Shown in pieces: positions 1 to 10,450 of a DNA stretch of 64,000 bases. The notes beneath the pieces are model-generated. The model did not search any database. It had not been told where the DNA came from and saw only the letters and a program-made list of their open reading frames with translations. The translations under genes were made by a program, and so were the position numbers. Source of the stretch: Collinsella sp. (GTDB taxonomy: Bacteria; Actinomycetota; Coriobacteriia; Coriobacteriales; Coriobacteriaceae); contig JAXKGH010000062.1 in assembly GCA_036550475.1 (NCBI GenBank), positions 13,835 to 77,834 of the forward strand. The letters are read 5' to 3'. How positions within the stretch are numbered: the first letter of the stretch is position 1; each line of letters begins with the position of its first letter.

Positions 1-33
1 GCCGAGATGGCCGCTGAGCCCAAGGCCGAGTAA
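1..33 (+). CDS. rpsB: 3' end of 30S ribosomal protein S2 (partial)
   Basis: Reads AEMAAEPKAE-stop directly upstream of tsf. Assigned by conserved rpsB-tsf synteny only. Confidence 0.6.
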   Translation, partial: AEMAAEPKAE

Positions 34-78
34 ATCAGTCTTAGTTAATTCTTTTTCATCTCTTTGAAAGGAACCACA

Positions 79-948
79 ATGGCCCAGATTACCGCCGCTA
101 TGGTCAAGCAGCTCCGCGAGATGACCGACTCCCCGATGATGGAGTGCAAGAAGGCTCTCGTCGAGGCTGACGGCGACATGGACGCCGCTGTCGACGTCCT
201 GCGTAAGAACGGCCTTGCCAAGGCTGCCAAGAAGGCTGGCCGTGAGACCAACGAGGGCGCTGTCGCCGCGTTCGTCTCTGAGGATGGCAAGACCGGCGCT
301 CTGCTCGAGCTCTCCTGCGAGACCGACTTCGTTGGCTCTAACGCCAAGTTCACCGGCTTTGCTTCCAAGGTCGCTGAGGTTGTCGCTACCACCGAGCCTG
401 CTGACGTCGACGCTCTGCTCGAGAAGCCGATGGGCGAGGAGACCGTTTCCTCCGAGCTCACCGAGATGATTCACATCATGGGCGAGAACATGAAGATCTC
501 CCGCTTCGCTGCCCGCAAGGCTGAGAACGGCGCGCTCGCTTCTTACATCCACATGGGTGGTAAGATCGGCGTCCTCGTCGAGTTCGCCTTCGAGAAGGCT
601 GAGACCGCTCAGGCTGAATCCTTCAAGACCTTCGCTCACGACGTTGCCCTTCAGGTTGCCGCCGTCGCCCCGATCTGCGCTACCCGCGATCAGGTTCCGG
701 CCGAGACCGTCGAGCACGAGAAGCAGATCTACATGGCTCAGGCTGCCGAGTCCGGTAAGCCCGAGGCTATCCAGGAGAAGATGGCTGTCGGCCGTCTGGA
801 GAAGTTCTACAAGCAGTCCGTGCTCACCGAGCAGGAGTTCATCAAGGACAGCTCCCTCACCATCAAGAAGTACGCTGAGCAGGTCTCCAAGGAGCTCGGC
901 GACACCATTACCGTCGTTGCCTTTGACCGTCTGGTCCGTGGCGAGTAA
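79..948 (+). CDS. tsf: Elongation factor Ts
   Basis: MAQITAAMVKQLRE, MMECKKAL and CETDFV motifs; GAAAGGA RBS before ATG at 79. Confidence 0.98.
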   Translation: MAQITAAMVKQLREMTDSPMMECKKALVEADGDMDAAVDVLRKNGLAKAAKKAGRETNEGAVAAFVSEDGKTGALLELSCETDFVGSNAKFTGFASKVAEVVATTEPADVDALLEKPMGEETVSSELTEMIHIMGENMKISRFAARKAENGALASYIHMGGKIGVLVEFAFEKAETAQAESFKTFAHDVALQVAAVAPICATRDQVPAETVEHEKQIYMAQAAESGKPEAIQEKMAVGRLEKFYKQSVLTEQEFIKDSSLTIKKYAEQVSKELGDTITVVAFDRLVRGE

Positions 949-971
949 ATAAGCTCTTGTAGCTGGTAATG

Positions 972-1006
972 AGCAGGCTGTGGGTTTTACTCACAGCCTG
1001 CTTTTT
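972..1006 (+). terminator. Intrinsic terminator after tsf
   Basis: AGCAGGCTGTGGG/CTCACAGCCTGCT stem followed by a T run. Confidence 0.85.
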
Positions 1007-1066
1007 CATGGCTCTTCTTAGAGCCTTTGATAGAATGTTGAGAGTTCAATCTAAAGGAGGATCGCT

Positions 1067-1789
1067 TTGTCCGACATCCGATATAAACGCGTGCTTCTTA
1101 AGCTTTCCGGCGAAGCACTGATGGGCGACGGCCAATATGGCATCGACCCCAAGGTTACCGACCATCTTGCCAAGCAGGTCAAGGAGCTACTCGCCGTTGG
1201 CCATGAGGTCGGCGTCGTTGTCGGCGGCGGCAATATTTTCCGCGGCATGGCCGGCGCTGCCGGTGGCATGGAGCGTGCTCAGGCCGACTACATGGGCATG
1301 CTGGCAACCGTTATGAACGCGCTCGCCCTGCAGGATGCCTTCGAACATAACGATGTTCCCTGCCGCGTGATGAGCGCTATCCAGATGAACGAGATCTGCG
1401 AGCCCTATATTCGCCGTCGCGCCATCAACCACCTTTCCAAGGGCAACGTCGTTATTTTTGCCGCCGGTTCGGGCAATCCGTACTTTACGACCGACACCGC
1501 CGCGGCTCTTCGTGCGTGCGAGATCGGCGCCGAGATTCTGATCAAGGCCACCAAGGTCGACGGCATCTATGACAAGGATCCCGTCAAGTGCGCCGATGCC
1601 GTCCGCTTTGACAAGATCACCTACCATGAGGTGCTCGTCCGCGGTCTGCAGGTTATGGATTCCACGGCTACGGCACTGTGCCAGGACAACCGTATGCCGA
1701 TTTTGGTCCTCAACATCGATGGCGAGGACACCGTCAAGCGCGCGCTCGCGGGTGAGCCCGTCGGCACGCTCGTCTATCAGGAGGATTAA
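1067..1789 (+). CDS. pyrH: UMP kinase
   Basis: [20 protein letters not shown] and [13 protein letters not shown] motifs; AAGGAGG RBS, TTG start. Confidence 0.97.
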   Translation: MSDIRYKRVLLKLSGEALMGDGQYGIDPKVTDHLAKQVKELLAVGHEVGVVVGGGNIFRGMAGAAGGMERAQADYMGMLATVMNALALQDAFEHNDVPCRVMSAIQMNEICEPYIRRRAINHLSKGNVVIFAAGSGNPYFTTDTAAALRACEIGAEILIKATKVDGIYDKDPVKCADAVRFDKITYHEVLVRGLQVMDSTATALCQDNRMPILVLNIDGEDTVKRALAGEPVGTLVYQED

Positions 1790-1791
1790 GC

Positions 1792-2328
1792 ATGGCAGAG
1801 AACATCACCGCCCACATGGACAAGTCGCTCGAGTCCCTCAAGCATAACTTCTCCAAGGTCCGTACCGGCCGCGCCAATGCCAACATTCTGTCCGACATCA
1901 CCGTCGATTATTACGGTGTTCCCACGCCGGTCACGCAGGTTGCCGCCGTCAAGACCCCGGAGGCCCACATGCTGCTCATCGAGCCGTGGGACAAGGCGCT
2001 TATCAACGCCATCGTCAAGGCCATCGGCGCTTCCGATTTGGGTATTACCCCCAACTCCGATGGCACCGTCGTTCGTCTGCCGTTCCCGGCTCCCACCGAG
2101 GAGCGCCGTCGCGAGCTCGTCAAGGAGTGCCGCGAGTACGCCGAGCAGGCCAAGGTGTCTATCCGTAACATCCGTCGCGACTTCAACAACAAGCTCGAGC
2201 GCGATGAGGAGCTCACCGCGGACGATGTCCGTCGCGAGCAGGCCAAGGTCCAGAAGCACACTGATGAGTATGTCGCCAAGGTCGAGGAGCTTCTGAAGGA
2301 AAAAGAAGCCGAGGTCATGGAGATCTAA
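1792..2328 (+). CDS. frr: Ribosome recycling factor
   Basis: VRTGRAN, YYG and TEERRRELVK motifs; synteny. Confidence 0.97.
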   Translation: MAENITAHMDKSLESLKHNFSKVRTGRANANILSDITVDYYGVPTPVTQVAAVKTPEAHMLLIEPWDKALINAIVKAIGASDLGITPNSDGTVVRLPFPAPTEERRRELVKECREYAEQAKVSIRNIRRDFNNKLERDEELTADDVRREQAKVQKHTDEYVAKVEELLKEKEAEVMEI

Positions 2329-2329
2329 G

Positions 2330-3124
2330 GTGCAATACGACGAGCATAAACTGGTCGAGTACTTTGCCGACGCCCCCGCGGGCGTCGGTTTTTCCGACCT
2401 TGACCTCAATAACATTCCGCACCATATCTCGTGCATCATGGACGGCAACGGTCGTTGGGCCACATCGCGCGGTCTTGCACGCACCGAGGGCCACAAGGCG
2501 GGTATCGTCTCCCTTCGTGAGATTATTACCGCCTGCGTGCGTCTGGGCGTCGACGTGCTTTCGGCCTATGCGTTTTCTACCGAAAACTGGAACCGCCCGC
2601 AGCATGAGGTCAACGTCTTGATGCACCTGTTTGCCAAGACGTTCATCGACGAGCTGCCGCTTCTGAAGCGCGAAAACGTGCGCGTTGTCTTTTTGGGTGA
2701 CATTTCCGCGCTGCCCAAGAAAACCCGTGACGTTTTTGAACGCGGTCTTGCCGAGTGCGCCGATCACACCGGCATGACGCTGGCGCTTGCCGTCAACTAC
2801 GGCGCGCGTGCCGAGATTACCCGCGCTGTCCGTCAAATCGCACTCGACGCTGCCGCCGGTAAGATCGATCCTGGCGCAATTGATGACGACATGGTGGCTT
2901 CCCACCTCTATACCGCCGGTCTTCCCGATCCTGAGCTTGTGATTCGCACCTCTGGTGAGCTGCGCCTTTCGAACTATCTGCTGTGGCAGGTGGCTTATTC
3001 AGAGTTCTACGTCACCGATACCTATTGGCCCGACTTTGATCGTTGGGGCCTTGTCGACGCCATTTTGGCCTATCAGGGCCGTGACCGTAGGTTTGGTGGA
3101 CTGAGCAAGACCGAGGAGGCTTAA
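2330..3124 (+). CDS. uppS: Isoprenyl transferase (undecaprenyl diphosphate synthase)
   Basis: IMDGNGRWA, FSTENWNRP and RTSGELRLSNYLLWQ motifs. Confidence 0.96.
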   Translation: MQYDEHKLVEYFADAPAGVGFSDLDLNNIPHHISCIMDGNGRWATSRGLARTEGHKAGIVSLREIITACVRLGVDVLSAYAFSTENWNRPQHEVNVLMHLFAKTFIDELPLLKRENVRVVFLGDISALPKKTRDVFERGLAECADHTGMTLALAVNYGARAEITRAVRQIALDAAAGKIDPGAIDDDMVASHLYTAGLPDPELVIRTSGELRLSNYLLWQVAYSEFYVTDTYWPDFDRWGLVDAILAYQGRDRRFGGLSKTEEA

Positions 3125-3126
3125 TC

Positions 3127-4026
3127 GTGTCCGATCGTCCCAAGGCATCTGCTCCCAAGACGCCTGCGCGTAAAGCTGCCACTGCGGGAGCGCCTGCAGC
3201 GAAGAGCGGCAGCGGTTCGTGGCTGGCGGGCTTTATTACCCGTGCCGCCGCCGGTATCGTCTACGCCGTTGTCTTTATCCTGTGCCTGGTTTTGGGTATC
3301 GTGCCTACTGCCATCTTTGTTTCCGTCATGAGCGGTCTGTGCTGTTATGAGTTTTTCCGTATGACGAGGCTCGATGGCAAGATGGCTAACGAGCGCATGG
3401 GTATCGCTGCCGCCGTACTCTTTCCGCTGTCGGCGTTGGGCGATTCGATGTTGCTGAATGCCCTGCTTTTTGCCCTGATGCTCGCTGTGGGCATTTGGTA
3501 TGTCTGGTCGCCGCGTACCCGCATCTCTGATGTGGCCGTGACGCTCATGGGTCCCATCTACACTGGCTTTATGCTGTCGGCTATCGTGCTGCTGCGCGAT
3601 GCCGTGCCCGGTTTTGCCGGCGCCCTGCTTTCAGTGGGCGTTTGCGCGTCCCTTTGGGTCTCCGATTCGTTTGCCTACATTGTGGGCAGCCGTATCGGCA
3701 AGCACAAGATGGTTCCCAAGATCTCTCCCAAAAAGAGCTGGGAGGGGTTTGTCGGCGGCATCCTGGGCTCGGTTTTGATTTGGCTCATTCTGTGGGCGAC
3801 GCACTTCTACAAGCTCAGCCTGCCCTATGCGCTGCTGTGCGGCGTGGTCGTGTCCATTTTGGGCGTTATCGGCGACCTTATCGAGTCGCGCATCAAGCGT
3901 GGCGTGGGCGTCAAGGATTCCGGCAACCTTATCCCGGGCCACGGCGGTATGCTCGATCGTAGCGATTCGCTTATCTTCGGCTGCATCACCGCGCAGCTGA
4001 TGCTGATGATCGGAGGCGTGCTGTAA
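3127..4026 (+). CDS. cdsA: Phosphatidate cytidylyltransferase
   Basis: SPKKSWEG and KDSGNLIPGHGGMLDRSDS signature; multiple hydrophobic segments. Confidence 0.96.
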   Translation: MSDRPKASAPKTPARKAATAGAPAAKSGSGSWLAGFITRAAAGIVYAVVFILCLVLGIVPTAIFVSVMSGLCCYEFFRMTRLDGKMANERMGIAAAVLFPLSALGDSMLLNALLFALMLAVGIWYVWSPRTRISDVAVTLMGPIYTGFMLSAIVLLRDAVPGFAGALLSVGVCASLWVSDSFAYIVGSRIGKHKMVPKISPKKSWEGFVGGILGSVLIWLILWATHFYKLSLPYALLCGVVVSILGVIGDLIESRIKRGVGVKDSGNLIPGHGGMLDRSDSLIFGCITAQLMLMIGGVL

Positions 4027-5213
4027 TGTCATTCCAGACGACGTATGGCTCCGATGGACGTCTCCGTGTTGCCATCCTGGGCTGTACGGGCTCTATCGGC
4101 ACCCAGGCGCTCGATGTGTGCCGTCAGCATGCCGATCGCCTGCAGGTGACGGCGCTATCCGTTAACTCCAGTACCTCCGAGCTCGTTGCCGCTGCCCGCG
4201 AGTTCTCGGTTCCGGCGGTTGCCGTGGCCGATGTCGCTCATGGCGATGACGTCGTGCTGCAGGAGTTGCCCGAGGGAACGAAGCTCGGCGTTGGCACGCA
4301 GGCGGTTTGCGAGCTCGCGCGTCGCGACGATGTCGACTGCGTGCTTGTCGCTATTGTGGGTGCCGCCGGTCTCGAGGCGAGCCATGCGGCCTTGACCTCG
4401 AATAAGCGTCTTGCCCTTGCCAACAAGGAGTCCCTCGTCGTCGGTGGCGACTTGCTTATGCCGTTGGCGCAACCGGGCCAGCTTATTCCAGTCGACTCTG
4501 AGCACTCCGCCATCTACCAGTGCTATCTGGGGGAGAACCCGCGCGAGGCTCATTGTATTTGGCTCACCTGCTCGGGCGGTCCGTTCTTTGGCCGCGCGCG
4601 CGACGAGCTAGATCGCGTGACGCGTGCCGATGCCCTCGCACATCCCACGTGGGCCATGGGTGCCAAGATCACCATCGACTCCGCCACCCTCATGAACAAG
4701 GGCCTGGAGCGCATTGAGGCCATGCATCTGTTTAACTGCGACCTCGATTTCATTAACGTGGTCGTGCAGCGTCAGTCCAAGATTCACTCTATGGTCGAGT
4801 TTGCCGACGGCTCCGTGATGGCGCATCTCGGTGCTTCCGACATGCGTATTCCCATCCAGTTCGCGTTCTCGTATCCCGAGCGTTGGGATACCCCGGCGCC
4901 TCGTATCGATTTCCGCGAGCTGGGGCAGCTCACGTTTGATGCTGCCGACATGGATACCTTCCGCTGTCTGGCACTGGCCGAGCGTGCCGGCAAGACGGGT
5001 GGCACCATGCCGTGCGTGCTCAATGCCGCCAACGAGGTCGCCGTCGATGCCTTCCTGCGCGATGGCTGCAGCTTTACCGATATCGATCGCATTGTGGAAT
5101 CCTGCATGGATGCCCACGATATGCAGGAGGTCGATTCGTTTGAGCAGCTTCGCGACATCGATGCGTGGGCGCGTGAAAAGGCTGCGCAGGTACTCGCCGC
5201 AACCCGTTCCTAA
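4026..5213 (+). CDS. dxr: 1-deoxy-D-xylulose-5-phosphate reductoisomerase
   Basis: LGCTGSIG, LANKESLV, PVDSEHSAI and KITIDSATLMNKGLE motifs. Confidence 0.97.
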   Translation: MSFQTTYGSDGRLRVAILGCTGSIGTQALDVCRQHADRLQVTALSVNSSTSELVAAAREFSVPAVAVADVAHGDDVVLQELPEGTKLGVGTQAVCELARRDDVDCVLVAIVGAAGLEASHAALTSNKRLALANKESLVVGGDLLMPLAQPGQLIPVDSEHSAIYQCYLGENPREAHCIWLTCSGGPFFGRARDELDRVTRADALAHPTWAMGAKITIDSATLMNKGLERIEAMHLFNCDLDFINVVVQRQSKIHSMVEFADGSVMAHLGASDMRIPIQFAFSYPERWDTPAPRIDFRELGQLTFDAADMDTFRCLALAERAGKTGGTMPCVLNAANEVAVDAFLRDGCSFTDIDRIVESCMDAHDMQEVDSFEQLRDIDAWAREKAAQVLAATRS

Positions 5214-5238
5214 CCCATAAGGATTGCTTTTTCGTTTT

Positions 5239-6600
5239 ATGGATACTGTTCTGAGCGTTCTCTCATCGGTCTTTTGGGGCCTGCTGATGCTTTCCGTCCT
5301 CGTGTTTTTGCACGAGGGCGGCCACTTTTTGGCGGCGCGTGCCTGCGGCGTCCGTGTGACCGAGTTCTTTTTGGGCCTGCCGTGCCGCTTTGACATCCAT
5401 TACACGTCGCGTCGCATTGGAACCAAGTTTGGCGTGACCCCGCTGCTGCTGGGTGGCTACGCTGCCATCTGCGGTATGGATCCGACCGATGTCTCCTGCG
5501 CCGATCGCGTGCTCGCGGCTATCTACCGTCATGGTCGCGTGACCGTGGCCGACCTTGCTGTCGAGCTCGAGCTTTCCGAGGAGGATGTGCTCGAGGCTTG
5601 TGCTCTGTTGCTGGGCTGGGGCTCCATCGCTCCCTGGTATGAGGAAGGGGAGAAACCCTCGCCGAGCTACTATCCCACCAAGTATCAGACGCTGCCGCGA
5701 GACGCGGCGGGCTACACCACCTTTGACGGCCGCCGGTTCGATCGAGAGCATGCGACTGCCGAGGGCGATGTGTGGGAGCTGCCGTGCGGCGAGGCTGATT
5801 TCTTGGCGCAAGAGCGCTCGCACACTTATCTTGGCCAGGGCTTTCTCAAGCGCGCCTTTATGCTGCTCGCGGGCATTCTCGTCAATATCCTGACGGGTTT
5901 TTTGCTGCTTATGAGCATCTATTCCATTGCGGGTGTCACCGTGCCGATCGATACCAACGTGATCGGTCAGGTTGACGAGGGGTCTATTGCCGCCAAGGCG
6001 GGTATCGAGGCTGGTGATGCGATCCTTTCGGTTGACGGTGTATCGTGCTCCACATGGATGAACGTTTACGATGCTATCGGCAAGGCCGCCGGTAAGGACG
6101 ATATCGCCATCGAGTACGAGCGTAACGGCAAGCAGCATTCGACCACGGTTGCGCTCAAAGAGGACGAGCGGTTAGGTGTGTATGCTTCTACGGAGGTAGT
6201 CCGTTTGGACCCCATCACCTCGGCGCGTCTGTCATTCTCCTATGTCGTGCAGACCGCGGAGGGCGTGATGCGCCTGCTCCAGCCGCAGCATACGATGGAG
6301 ATTCTCGATCAGTCTTCTTCGATCGTGGGTATTAGCGTTATGTCCTCACAGGCTGCTGCTGCCGGCCCCGTAACGTTCTTGTCGTTTGCCGCGCTCATTT
6401 CGTTCTCGCTGGGTTTTATGAACTTGCTGCCCATCCCCCCGCTCGACGGGGGAAAGCTGGTTATCGAGATCATCCAAATGGTCGCCGGTCGCGAGCTGCC
6501 ACTCAAGGTGCAGACAATCGTCAGCTATGTCGGCATCGCGCTCTTTGCGCTGCTGTTTGTTTATATGCTTCGTTCCGACGTCCTTCGATTTATTTTGTAG
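5239..6600 (+). CDS. rseP: RIP metalloprotease RseP (M50 family, PDZ) with a large internal insert
   Basis: HEGGH zinc motif, PDZ-like segment, NLLPIPPLDGG; dxr-rseP-ispG synteny. Start codon uncertain (5224 or 5239). Confidence 0.92.
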   Translation: MDTVLSVLSSVFWGLLMLSVLVFLHEGGHFLAARACGVRVTEFFLGLPCRFDIHYTSRRIGTKFGVTPLLLGGYAAICGMDPTDVSCADRVLAAIYRHGRVTVADLAVELELSEEDVLEACALLLGWGSIAPWYEEGEKPSPSYYPTKYQTLPRDAAGYTTFDGRRFDREHATAEGDVWELPCGEADFLAQERSHTYLGQGFLKRAFMLLAGILVNILTGFLLLMSIYSIAGVTVPIDTNVIGQVDEGSIAAKAGIEAGDAILSVDGVSCSTWMNVYDAIGKAAGKDDIAIEYERNGKQHSTTVALKEDERLGVYASTEVVRLDPITSARLSFSYVVQTAEGVMRLLQPQHTMEILDQSSSIVGISVMSSQAAAAGPVTFLSFAALISFSLGFMNLLPIPPLDGGKLVIEIIQMVAGRELPLKVQTIVSYVGIALFALLFVYMLRSDVLRFIL

Positions 6601-6613
6601 GGGAGTGTTTGGA

Positions 6614-7696
6614 TTGTCTTTATCCCATCCTTTGCCGCGCGAGCTGACGCGCCCCGTATATGTGGGCGGCGTGCAGATCGGTGGTGGCGCGCCGGTGGTG
6701 GTTCAGTCCATGACCTGCACCGATACCGCTGATGCCCAGGCAACGCTTGCGCAAGTGTGCGCGTTGGCGCAGGCTGGCTGCGATATCGTGCGCGTGAGCG
6801 TGCCCACCGAGGCCGCGCTTGAGGGTTTCCGCACCATCTGTGCCGAGTCTCCGGTGCCGATCGTCGCCGATATTCACTTTAACCATAAGCTCGCCATTGG
6901 TGCCGTTGAGGCCGGTGCTGCCAAGCTGCGCATCAATCCCGGCAATATCGGCGATTGGGCCAAGGTTGACGCGGTGATCGATGCTGCTGGTGCCGCGGGC
7001 TGTGCGATTCGTATCGGCGTCAATGCCGGTTCACTCGAGCAGGATATCGCCGAGCGCGAAGACCTCACGCAGCCCGAAAAGCTCGTGATGTCGAGCGAGC
7101 GCTTCGTCAAGCACTTTGAGGACCGCGGCTTTACGAACATCGTGCTTTCGGCCAAGGCCCATAGCGTGCAAACGACGCTCGATACCTATCGAGCCCTGTC
7201 GCGTGAGATTCCCCACGTTCCGCTTCACCTGGGCGTAACCGAGGCGGGTACCAAGCTTCAGGGCACCATTAAGAGCTCGGTGGGCCTTGGTATTCTGCTG
7301 TCTGAGGGTATTGGTGACACCATGCGCGTCTCTCTCACGGCCGATCCGGTTGAGGAGCCGCCGGTTGCCTGGGGTATTCTGCAGTCGCTGGGCCTGCGTC
7401 GCCGTGGCCCCGAGATTGTCTCGTGCCCCACGTGCGCCCGCTGCCAGGTTAACCTCATTCCCATCGCCGAGGAGGTCACCGAGCGGCTTAAGAACTACTC
7501 CGCGCCGCTTTCTATCGCTGTGATGGGATGTGCCGTTAATGGCCCCGGTGAGGCTTCTGATGCCGATCTGGGCGTTGCTTGCGGACGTGGTCAGGCTCTG
7601 CTCTTTTCGCATGGCCAGATCATTGGTAAAGTAGCTGAGGACCAAATTGTCGACGCGCTTATGGCCGAGGTCGACAAGCTTATTGAGGAGAAATAA
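6614..7696 (+). CDS. ispG: 4-hydroxy-3-methylbut-2-en-1-yl diphosphate synthase
   Basis: VQSMT, ADIHF, RINPGN, CPTCARC and GCAVNGPGE motifs; TTG start after GGGAG. Confidence 0.96.
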   Translation: MSLSHPLPRELTRPVYVGGVQIGGGAPVVVQSMTCTDTADAQATLAQVCALAQAGCDIVRVSVPTEAALEGFRTICAESPVPIVADIHFNHKLAIGAVEAGAAKLRINPGNIGDWAKVDAVIDAAGAAGCAIRIGVNAGSLEQDIAEREDLTQPEKLVMSSERFVKHFEDRGFTNIVLSAKAHSVQTTLDTYRALSREIPHVPLHLGVTEAGTKLQGTIKSSVGLGILLSEGIGDTMRVSLTADPVEEPPVAWGILQSLGLRRRGPEIVSCPTCARCQVNLIPIAEEVTERLKNYSAPLSIAVMGCAVNGPGEASDADLGVACGRGQALLFSHGQIIGKVAEDQIVDALMAEVDKLIEEK

Positions 7697-9418
<1,722 letters not shown>

Positions 9419-9448
9419 TCGGCGATTTCGCTTGTAGTTCGATATACG

Positions 9449-9497
9449 GGACGGCCCCGCATTTCTCCAGATAGGGGAGATGCGGGGCCGTCCTTTT
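9449..9497 (+). terminator. Intrinsic terminator after proS
   Basis: GGACGGCCCCGCATTTCTCC/GGGGAGATGCGGGGCCGTCC stem followed by TTTT. Confidence 0.8.
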
Positions 9498-9521
9498 ATC
9501 TTGTCGGCGTACTCAATCGCT

Positions 9522-9564
9522 AAAAGGAAACCCCACAGCCCATGCGAGCTGCGGGGTTTCCTTT
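9522..9564 (-). terminator. Terminator of the adhE-kinase unit (possibly bidirectional)
   Basis: AAAGGAAACCCCACAGC...GCTGCGGGGTTTCCTTT hairpin with A/T tails. Confidence 0.75.
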
Positions 9565-9596
9565 GTGCCTCCGATGCGAAATAAATCGCTCAGATA

Positions 9597-10361
9597 TTAC
9601 TGATAATCGACGACGTCGATCCAGTTCTTCAGGAACTCATCGTTCACGTTGCGCTTACGAGCGAGCTCGGAAGCGGCGACGATGCTCGTCCACTGACGCA
9701 CGACCTGCATGGGCATGTCGGCACGGTCGCAGTAGAGCTCCAGGTAGGCCTCGGCCTGGTCCTTGCTGTTGAGGGCAAAGAGCAGGTAGGTGGTGGCAAC
9801 GTCGGCAGCAGGGGAGCCCTGGGTGGCGTGTGCCCAGTCGCACACATAGAGCTGGCCGTCGTCGCCGACGATGACGTTGGAGGGGTTGAAGTCGCCGTGG
9901 CAGACCTTGAACTCCTTGGTCATGCCGTCCAGACGCTCCTGAAGGTTGTAGCGCGTGGTGGCATTGAGCTGATCAAGGCTGTCGATCATGCGGGCGAACT
10001 TGTCGCGCTGACGGTTGAGCAGCGGGGAGGTGTAGCCGTGGATCTCGATCTGGAGGTCGACGAACATCTCGAGGTACTCACCAAAGCGCTGGGGCTCGGC
10101 AGTCATCTTCTCGGCAAGGGTGGTGCCCGGAACCTTCTCGGTCACGAGCGCCCAGCCGTTGGCGTTCTCGAGCTGGGAAACCTCGAGAGCCTTGGGGCTG
10201 CGGATGCCGCACTCATTGATGCGGGCAAGATTCAAAGCCTCGTTGAACACGTCGGAGACAGGCTTGGTCTCGTTAAAGACCTTGACGATCTTGTCGCCCA
10301 GGTCGTAAACGACCTTGTTGCCACGGCGGACGAGCTCGGTCTTGGAATCGGGTAGCAGCAT
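9597..10361 (-). CDS. APH/choline-kinase family phosphotransferase
   Basis: Brenner motif CHGDFNPSNV, YVCDW and an N-terminal VKVF lysine; GAAAGGA RBS. Confidence 0.88.
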   Translation of the reverse strand: MLLPDSKTELVRRGNKVVYDLGDKIVKVFNETKPVSDVFNEALNLARINECGIRSPKALEVSQLENANGWALVTEKVPGTTLAEKMTAEPQRFGEYLEMFVDLQIEIHGYTSPLLNRQRDKFARMIDSLDQLNATTRYNLQERLDGMTKEFKVCHGDFNPSNVIVGDDGQLYVCDWAHATQGSPAADVATTYLLFALNSKDQAEAYLELYCDRADMPMQVVRQWTSIVAASELARKRNVNDEFLKNWIDVVDYQ

Positions 10362-10450
10362 GGTTGCATCCTTTCAACGATGCGATAGAAGCGACGGCGG
10401 GGGTGTGTGAAACACCCGTGCACCCCCGCCGCAAAAAACCGTGCTAAAAA

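Noticed and set aside
9597..10361. Aminoglycoside resistance gene
   Set aside because: Only the generic APH-fold motif is present; the gene has host codon usage and a metabolic context.
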